NCBI GenBank assembly: GCA_963805625.1
Contig: CAWDVE010000018.1
Span: forward strand, 64,001-128,000
Source: an uncultured Candidatus Rokubacteria bacterium
GTDB lineage: Bacteria; Methylomirabilota; Methylomirabilia; Rokubacteriales; DASRDR01
Direction: 5' to 3'
DNA: 64,000 bases
Shown: one piece after another, positions 57,652 to 64,000 of the stretch
Position numbering within the stretch: position 1 is the stretch's first letter
Layout of the letters: every line of letters begins with the position of its first letter
Notes under the pieces: model-generated
Seen by the model: the letters and a program-made list of their open reading frames with translations, nothing else
Databases searched by the model: none
What the model was told of the DNA's origin: nothing
Program-made: the position numbers and the translations under genes

Positions 57652-58980
57652 GTGGGAGCCGTCCGATCCGGCATGGAACCTCCAGCCAACGGCCACGGGC
57701 CGCGCGGGCTGGGCGCCGATGACCAGGCACAGTACCGGGTCCTGATCTACAGCCACGACTCGTTCGGGTTGGGCCATCTCCGTCGCTGCCGGACGATCGC
57801 CCACTCGCTCGTCGCCCATCACAAGAAGCTCAACGTCCTCATCCTGAGCGGCTCCCCGATCCTGGGGCGCTTCAGCTTCCGCTCCCGCGTCGACTTCGTC
57901 CGCGTGCCCGGGATCATCAAGCGGCGAAACGGCGAGTACACGAGCCTGAATCTCGACTTCCACGTCGAGCAGACCCTCGCGCTCCGAGCCTCCATCATCG
58001 AGCACACGGCGCGGGTCTTCCGGCCTGATCTCTTCCTGGTCGACAAGGAGCCGCTCGGGCTGCTCGGCGAGGTGCGGAGCACTCTTGCTCTGTTGCGCCG
58101 CCGGGGAGGAACGCGGCTCGTCCTCGGGCTTCGGGACATCATGGACGACCCGATGTCGCTCGCCGAGGAGTGGCGGCGCAAGCGCGTGATCCCGGCCCTC
58201 AAGCGCTTCTACGACCAGATCTGGGTCTACGGGCTGCCACAAGTCTACGATCCGGTCGAGGCCTACGGGTTTCCCTCCGAGGTCGCCGCCAAGACGACCT
58301 TCACGGGCTATCTCCCCCGCGAGACGAACCCCGAGGTGAGCCTGCCCGCCGACGTCCAGGCCACGGTCCAGCAGGGCCCCTTCCTCCTGGTGACCCCTGG
58401 GGGCGGCGGGGACGGCGCCCTGCTCGTCGATGCAACGCTCAGCGCCTATGAGCGCTTCAACGGCCGGCTCCCGTGGCCGGCGCTCGTCGTGTACGGACCG
58501 TTCCTGCCGGCGCGCGAGCGCGCGGCGTTCGAGCGGCGCGCGGCACGGCTCCCGCGCGTCACCACGCTCGAGTTCCACGAGCACCTCGAGAACCTCGTCG
58601 AGAAGGCGGCGGCCGTGGTGTGTCTCGGCGGCTACAACACGTTCTGCGAGGTCCTGTCGCTCAAGAAGCGGAGCTTGATCGTGCCGCGCGTGACGCCGCG
58701 CGCCGAGCAACTCCTCCGGGCCCAGGCCGCCGCGCGACTGGGGCTTGCTCAGACGCTCGATCCCTCCCGGCTCACGCCCGAGACGCTCGCGGAGGCCATC
58801 ATCCACCTGCCGGAGCAACTGCCGCCGGCCACCCATCGGGTCCCGGGCCTGCTCGACGGCCTTCGCTTCATCAACCAGGCCGTCGCGAAGTGGCGGGTCG
58901 AAGGGCCGCCCCGTCCGGGGATCCGCGGGCTCGAACGTTCCGGCGTCCTCCGGCGCGCCTCCGCCCGGCGAGCCGTCTGA
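57652..58980 (+). CDS. GT-B glycosyltransferase, COG4671/GT28_C-like (alternative start 57673)
   Basis: YSHDSFGLGHLRR, VDKEP.G, LGLRDIMD, VTPGGGGDG, GGYNT, EQLLRA. Confidence 0.88.
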   Translation: MGAVRSGMEPPANGHGPRGLGADDQAQYRVLIYSHDSFGLGHLRRCRTIAHSLVAHHKKLNVLILSGSPILGRFSFRSRVDFVRVPGIIKRRNGEYTSLNLDFHVEQTLALRASIIEHTARVFRPDLFLVDKEPLGLLGEVRSTLALLRRRGGTRLVLGLRDIMDDPMSLAEEWRRKRVIPALKRFYDQIWVYGLPQVYDPVEAYGFPSEVAAKTTFTGYLPRETNPEVSLPADVQATVQQGPFLLVTPGGGGDGALLVDATLSAYERFNGRLPWPALVVYGPFLPARERAAFERRAARLPRVTTLEFHEHLENLVEKAAAVVCLGGYNTFCEVLSLKKRSLIVPRVTPRAEQLLRAQAAARLGLAQTLDPSRLTPETLAEAIIHLPEQLPPATHRVPGLLDGLRFINQAVAKWRVEGPPRPGIRGLERSGVLRRASARRAV

Positions 58981-59003
58981 GCGCTTCGCCGACGGCCGCG
59001 CCC

Positions 59004-60296
59004 GTGCGGCCCTCGATCGCCCCGCCCCTGGTCGTCGTGGTCCTCAAGGGCTACCCGCGCGTCTCGGAGACGTTCATCGCGCACGAGCTGGCCGCGCTGG
59101 AGCGGCGGGGTCTCCCGCTCCACATCGTCTCGCTCCGGCGTCCGTACGATCGCCTCACGCACCCCGTCCACGCGACGATCCGAGCGCCGATTACGTACCT
59201 GCCGGAGTACCTCTACGAGGCGCCGGGTCGCGTGCTCGCGGGCCACGTCCGGGCGCTCGCACGCGCGCCGCGCCGCTACCTGCGGGCGCTCCGCCTGTGG
59301 CTCCGCGACGTCTGGCGTGATCCGACGCCGAACCGCGGCCGGCGCTTCGGCCAGGCCGGCGTGCTCGCGGCCGAGCTGCCGGCCGGCGCCGCGCACCTCT
59401 ACGCCCACTTCCTCCATACGCCGGCCTCCGTCGCGCGCTACGCGGCCGCCATGAGCGGGCTGGACTACAGCCTCGCGGGGCACGCAAAGGACGTCTGGAC
59501 GACCCCGGACTGGGAGCTCCGGGCGAAGCTCATCGAGGCGCGCTTCGCCGTGACCTGCACGGCGGCCGGGCACGCTCGTCTGGACGCCCTCGCCCCCGGG
59601 CGGGTGGAGCTCGTCTACCACGGGCTCGACCGCCAGCTCTTCGCGCCGCCGTCGGCGTTCGGGTCGCGACGCGACGGCACCGACCCGGGCGATCCGCTGC
59701 GGCTCCTGGCGGTCGGGCGCTTCCAGCCCAAGAAAGGGTACGCGACCCTCTTCGAGGCCGTGGCGCAGGTGCGGGCCGAGATCCGCCTCACCGTGGTGGG
59801 GTACGGACCGCTTGAGGCTGCCCTCCGCGCCCGCGTCGAAGCGCTCGGCCTGGCGACGCGGGTCACCTGGGCGGGCCCACTCGATCAGCTGGCGGTCCGA
59901 GCGCGGTACCGGGCGAGCGATCTTCTCCTCCTCGCCTCCGAGGTCGCGCCCGACGGCGACCGTGACGGCTTGCCGAACGTCGTCGTCGAGGCGCTCTCCC
60001 AGGGACTGCCGGTCGTCGCCACACGCGCCGGGGCGATCCCCGAGCTGGTGCGCGACGAGCTCCACGGCCGGCTCGTCTCGCCGGGGGACGCCGGAGCGTT
60101 TGCGGCGGCCATCGAGAGCCTGGCGCGCGACCCCGATCGGCGGCACCACATGGGCGCGGCAGGCATCAAGCGCGTGGCCGAGGGCTGGGACCTCGACGCC
60201 GGGGCCGACCGGATCCACCGGCTCCTGCGGGCAACGCTGCCCAGCGCGACCGAGGCGCCCGCCGGGGCCGCGGTCGCCCCGGGTGTGCCGTCGTGA
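59004..60296 (+). CDS. glycosyltransferase family 4
   Basis: KGYPRVSETFI, HAKD, VGR..KKG, GDRDGLPNVVVEA. Confidence 0.9.
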   Translation: MRPSIAPPLVVVVLKGYPRVSETFIAHELAALERRGLPLHIVSLRRPYDRLTHPVHATIRAPITYLPEYLYEAPGRVLAGHVRALARAPRRYLRALRLWLRDVWRDPTPNRGRRFGQAGVLAAELPAGAAHLYAHFLHTPASVARYAAAMSGLDYSLAGHAKDVWTTPDWELRAKLIEARFAVTCTAAGHARLDALAPGRVELVYHGLDRQLFAPPSAFGSRRDGTDPGDPLRLLAVGRFQPKKGYATLFEAVAQVRAEIRLTVVGYGPLEAALRARVEALGLATRVTWAGPLDQLAVRARYRASDLLLLASEVAPDGDRDGLPNVVVEALSQGLPVVATRAGAIPELVRDELHGRLVSPGDAGAFAAAIESLARDPDRRHHMGAAGIKRVAEGWDLDAGADRIHRLLRATLPSATEAPAGAAVAPGVPS

Positions 60297-61465
60297 CGCC
60301 GCTTGCCTTCTACACGCCCGTCAAGCACCCGTACCAGACGGAGCCCTCCGGCGATCGCGAGCTCGGGCGTCTCCTGATGACCGCGTTCCGGGGCCTCGGC
60401 TTCGCGCCCCGCCTGGCGAGCCGGCTCCTCACCTACCGACGCGCCTTCGACGCGGCGGACGCCGCGCGCGTCGAGCGCATCGCCGCCCTCACGGCAGCGC
60501 GCCTGGTCGCCCGGTATCGGCGGGGGGAACCCGCGCAGCGGCCACGGGTGTGGGTCACCTACCAGAGCTACTACCGCGCTCCGGATCTCGTCGGCCCATC
60601 GGTCGCGACGGCGCTCGACATCCCCTACGTCCTCGTCGACACCTACCTCTCGGCGAAGAGCCGCCGGACGCCGTTCCGTCCGTGGGTCAGCGCCGCGCGG
60701 CTCGCGGCCCGGCGCGCCGACCTCATCTTCCTGATGAGCCCGCGGGACCGGCCGCGCGTCGCGGCGCATCGGGGGCCGCGCTTCGCCGCCCAGCGGATCC
60801 TCGATCTTCCCCCGGCCGTCGACGCGGCGCGCTTCGACGCCACCGCGGAGCGACGGGCGGCCTGTCGCGCCGCCATGGCCGAGCGCTTCCCCGGGGCCGA
60901 CGGCCCGGTCATCCTCGCCGTCGCCGCCATGCGCGAGGTGAAGAAGCTTGAGCCGTATCGGATCCTGGCCGACGCCCTCGCGCACCTCCACGCCGTGGCA
61001 CCGACCCGGCCCTGGCGCCTGGCCGTGGTGGGGGACGGACCCGCGCGCCCGGCAGTCGCCGACGCCCTCGGCTCGCTTCCCTCCGGCCGCGTCGCCTTCC
61101 TGGGGTCGCTCGAGCCCGAGATCCTGCCCGCCGCGTATCTCGGCGCCGACCTCTTCGCGTTCCCCGGCCGCTTCCACGTCGTCTATCTCCAGGCCGCCGC
61201 GGCGGGGCTGCCGGTCGTCGCGTGCGCAGGACCCGGGCCCGACCCCATGATCGCCCCGGAGGGCGTGCTCCTCACCCTCTCCACGCCCGACGCCTTCGCC
61301 ACCGGCGTGGCCCGGTTGCTGGACGACCCCGTCCTCCGGAGCACGATGGGAGCCGCGGCCCGGCGCTTCGTCGCGACCCAGCGAACCCTCGAGACGTTCC
61401 AGCACCGCCTGGCCGCGGGGCTCGCGCTGCTGGGCCTGCCATGCGCTCGATCTACGTCGCGCTGA
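60293..61465 (+). CDS. glycosyltransferase family 4-like
   Basis: FYTPVKHP...PSGDR, YQSYYRAPDLVGP, VVGDGPAR, YLQAAAAGLPVV. Confidence 0.85.
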   Translation: MTPLAFYTPVKHPYQTEPSGDRELGRLLMTAFRGLGFAPRLASRLLTYRRAFDAADAARVERIAALTAARLVARYRRGEPAQRPRVWVTYQSYYRAPDLVGPSVATALDIPYVLVDTYLSAKSRRTPFRPWVSAARLAARRADLIFLMSPRDRPRVAAHRGPRFAAQRILDLPPAVDAARFDATAERRAACRAAMAERFPGADGPVILAVAAMREVKKLEPYRILADALAHLHAVAPTRPWRLAVVGDGPARPAVADALGSLPSGRVAFLGSLEPEILPAAYLGADLFAFPGRFHVVYLQAAAAGLPVVACAGPGPDPMIAPEGVLLTLSTPDAFATGVARLLDDPVLRSTMGAAARRFVATQRTLETFQHRLAAGLALLGLPCARSTSR

Positions 61466-62037
61466 TCCGTCACGCGCCGACGGCGTGGAACGCCGAGGGG
61501 CGCGTGCTCGGCCAGGCCGACCCGCCACTGTCGCCCGAGGGCGCCCAGCGGGCGGCTCGGTGGCGGCTCCCCTCGGATCTCCGGGCGCTGGCAACCGGCG
61601 GGCGGCTCGGCTGGGCCGTGAGCCCGCTCGGCCGCGCCGTCGAGACCGCGCGAATCCTCGGCGCCGTCGCTCCCGTCGTCGAGCCGCGGCTCGCGGAGCA
61701 AGACTGGGGCGAGTGGACCGGCCGCGCGCGGGCCGCCGTGGCCGGTGACGCGACCGGCGCCGGATGGGAGGCGACGCCGCCCGGGGGCGAGTCGCCGGCA
61801 CGGGTCCTCGCCCGCGTACGCGCGTGGCTCGATGAGCTCGCGCCAGGCGACGGGCCCGACACGTGGGCCGCGGTAACCCACATGGGCGTCATCCGGGTGC
61901 TCATCGCCGCGGCGCTCCGCTGGGATCTCGGCGCGCCGCCTCCGTTGCGCCTGCTCCCCGAGCGTCTGCACCGCGTGCGTCGTCGGGGTGACGGGCTCCT
62001 CCAGCTCGTCGGGCTCAACGAGCCGCTCGAGCCATGA
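61441..62037 (+). CDS. histidine phosphatase family protein
   Basis: LIRHAPTAWN, SPLGRAVETA, EQDWGEW, PPGGES, VTHMG. Confidence 0.88.
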   Translation: MRSIYVALIRHAPTAWNAEGRVLGQADPPLSPEGAQRAARWRLPSDLRALATGGRLGWAVSPLGRAVETARILGAVAPVVEPRLAEQDWGEWTGRARAAVAGDATGAGWEATPPGGESPARVLARVRAWLDELAPGDGPDTWAAVTHMGVIRVLIAAALRWDLGAPPPLRLLPERLHRVRRRGDGLLQLVGLNEPLEP

Positions 62038-62112
62038 GTCTCACAGGCCGCCACAGGGCGGGGGCCGTCCGATGACTCCGTCCGATCAACGCCCGCAGAC
62101 CAGGGCAGCTGC

Positions 62113-63339
62113 GTGAGCCGCGGACCGATCCTCTTCTACTGCCAGCATCTTCTCGGGCTGGGCCACCTCGAGCGGGCGGCGCGGCTCGCGCGCGCGCTTG
62201 GGCGGGCCGGCGAGCCGGTGATCTTCGTCCAGGGCGGCCGACCCGTCCCGGACCTCGACCTGGGCGGCGCCGGGGTCGTGGCGCTCCCGCCGCTCGTGGC
62301 GGCGAACGAGGCCGCGAGTGGGCTCGCGCGCCCCGACGGTCGCCGGCCGACGCCCGCCGACCTCGCGGACCGCCGGGACCGTCTGCTCGCGTGTCTCCGG
62401 ACCCACGATCCGAGCGTGGTGTTGCTCGAGCTCTTCCCCTTCGGCCGGCACGCCCTCACGTTCGAGCTGGGGCCGCTGCTCCTCGCCGTCGCCGACGACC
62501 GCGCGCGGCGGGGCGCGGCCGCGCCGCGCGTCGCGGTGAGCCTGCGAGACGTCCTCGTGAGCAAACCGAATCAGGCCTGGTTCGAGCTCGCGGCTGTCGC
62601 GGTCGCGCGTCAGTGGACCGATCGCGTGCTCGTCCACGGGAGCCCGGATGCGATTCCGCTCGACCGCACCCTCGCCCTCGCCGGCTGGCTCGGTGAGCGC
62701 CTCGTCTACACCGGCTACCTCGCGCCCGACAGAGCCCCGCCAGACGGCGTTCCGCACGGCGAAATCGTGATCTCGGCCGGCGGCGGGCAGGTCGGGGGCC
62801 CCCTCTTCCGCGCAGCTCTCGCGGCGTGGCCGCTCACGACCGCCGCGCGGACGCGGCCCTGGCGCCTGGTGACCGGGCCGTACCTGCCCGAGGCCGCGCG
62901 CACGGAGCTCGACCGGCAGGCCCGCGGGCTGCCGACCCGCGCGGGCCGCCCTGCCGTCGTCGTGGAAGCGCACCGGCCCGATCTCGGCGCGCACCTCGCG
63001 GGCGCCGCGCTCTCGGTCAGCCAGGCGGGGTACAACACCGTGCTGGAACTCGTCGCGCACCGCGTCCGGGCCGTGGTCGTCCCCTACGAGGGCAGCGGCG
63101 ATGAGCAGCCGCTGCGCGCCGGGCTCCTGGCCGCGCGGGGTCTCCTCGACGTCGTGCCGGAGGCCGAGCTCACGCCCGCGCGGCTCGCGACGGCGATGGA
63201 CGCCGCCCTCGAACGGCCCGGCTTCCCCGCCCCGGTCCGCCTGGACCTCCGGGGCGCGGCCCGGTCCGTCGAGATCCTGGCGGAGCTGGCCGCCGGTGTC
63301 CGGGCCGCGCGGGCTCAGGGCGCCGGGCGCCGCTCGTAG
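62113..63339 (+). CDS. GT-B glycosyltransferase, COG4671-like
   Basis: YCQHLLGLGHL, ELFPFGR, SLRDVL, SAGGG.VG, SQAGYNT, EQPLRA. Confidence 0.88.
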   Translation: MSRGPILFYCQHLLGLGHLERAARLARALGRAGEPVIFVQGGRPVPDLDLGGAGVVALPPLVAANEAASGLARPDGRRPTPADLADRRDRLLACLRTHDPSVVLLELFPFGRHALTFELGPLLLAVADDRARRGAAAPRVAVSLRDVLVSKPNQAWFELAAVAVARQWTDRVLVHGSPDAIPLDRTLALAGWLGERLVYTGYLAPDRAPPDGVPHGEIVISAGGGQVGGPLFRAALAAWPLTTAARTRPWRLVTGPYLPEAARTELDRQARGLPTRAGRPAVVVEAHRPDLGAHLAGAALSVSQAGYNTVLELVAHRVRAVVVPYEGSGDEQPLRAGLLAARGLLDVVPEAELTPARLATAMDAALERPGFPAPVRLDLRGAARSVEILAELAAGVRAARAQGAGRRS

Positions 63340-63827
63340 CGATGGAAGCGGTGGGCGTGCCCGACCTCGTCAGACGCCGGGAGCAGGACCAAGCCCCACG
63401 ACGGCTCGAGCGGCACCGCCCGATCGCTCAGGATCCAGGCGCCGGGCAGGAGCCAGCTGCGTGTCTGGTCGAGCACCAAGTGGTGCAGCCGCGTGTCGGG
63501 CGAGTCGCCCCAGGCGAGGTCGAGATGCGCCAGGATCACGCGCCCGTGGAAGCGCGCCTGCACCGCCGGATCGGCCAGCACTGTGGGCAGGTCGCCGAGG
63601 ACGACGCGCTCGGCGGGCGGGCCCCAGCCGGGATTGGTCGCGTGCTCCCGGTCGAAGCAGTAGATCTCGCGGTCCGGAAAGCGCGCAACGAGATGCGAGT
63701 ACGATCGGCCGCGGCCCAGACCGAACTCGACGACCCAGCCCGGGCGACCGGCGAGCCGCCGCGCCGCGAGATCGATGCTGTCGCGCTGGGCGATCTTCTG
63801 CTCGATGTGGAAGTCGAGCTGGCTCAT
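63315..63827 (-). CDS. small SAM-dependent methyltransferase (Methyltransf_17-like)
   Basis: MSQLD...AQRD, EFGLGRGRSYSHL, IYCFDR, AHLDL, ILSD. Confidence 0.8.
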   Translation of the reverse strand: MSQLDFHIEQKIAQRDSIDLAARRLAGRPGWVVEFGLGRGRSYSHLVARFPDREIYCFDREHATNPGWGPPAERVVLGDLPTVLADPAVQARFHGRVILAHLDLAWGDSPDTRLHHLVLDQTRSWLLPGAWILSDRAVPLEPSWGLVLLPASDEVGHAHRFHRYERRPAP

Positions 63828-63907
63828 GACGAGAGCCCCGATCATACGCGCCGACGTCGACCGGTGTCACGCCGCCACGCGGCCGCGGTGGACGCGCCCC
63901 CGTCCCG

Positions 63908-64000
63908 ATGTTGACGCCTCCCCCCGACGGCGCCGCCTGGGACCGCCTGGTGGCCGAGCTCGACCGCTGGCCGGCCCGGAGCGCGACCCTCTGGTGGCGT
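63908..64000 (+). CDS. probable polysaccharide deacetylase (5' part, truncated by the window end)
   Basis: WDRLVAELDRW....TLWWR, the N-terminus usually preceding the RDDD motif; cluster context. Confidence 0.6.
   Translation, partial: MLTPPPDGAAWDRLVAELDRWPARSATLWWR

Overview
GC-rich bacterial window with no rRNA, tRNA or CRISPR features; gene content and style resemble Ca. Rokubacteria/Methylomirabilota (inference only). Positions 0.5-37 kb form a catabolic island for methylated amines or sulfonium compounds and peptide-like substrates. It holds three homocysteine S-methyltransferase-family paralogues, a DddP-like M24 enzyme, a Rieske oxygenase, four FAD oxidoreductases, two CocE/NonD hydrolases, a luciferase-like monooxygenase and Dpp/Opp ABC transporters. 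The island also carries many gene remnants from deletions, a decayed duplicate of the dodecin-cocE locus, and an IS481-like element with 27-bp TIRs and a 7-bp target duplication inserted into a REP-like palindrome. Positions 37-43 kb hold a PrpD/MmgE + ABC + SDR operon. Positions 43-45 kb hold a heme-c/HAMP sensor and a class III nucleotide cyclase with non-canonical specificity residues. Positions 46.6-64 kb hold an uncharacterised glyco-metabolite cluster: four glycosyltransferases, a phosphatase, a methyltransferase, a deacetylase, a Dpp-type importer, a degenerate ABC exporter, a cNMP-binding protein and a PA14 protein. Several single-base frameshifts in short homopolymers may be sequencing errors.
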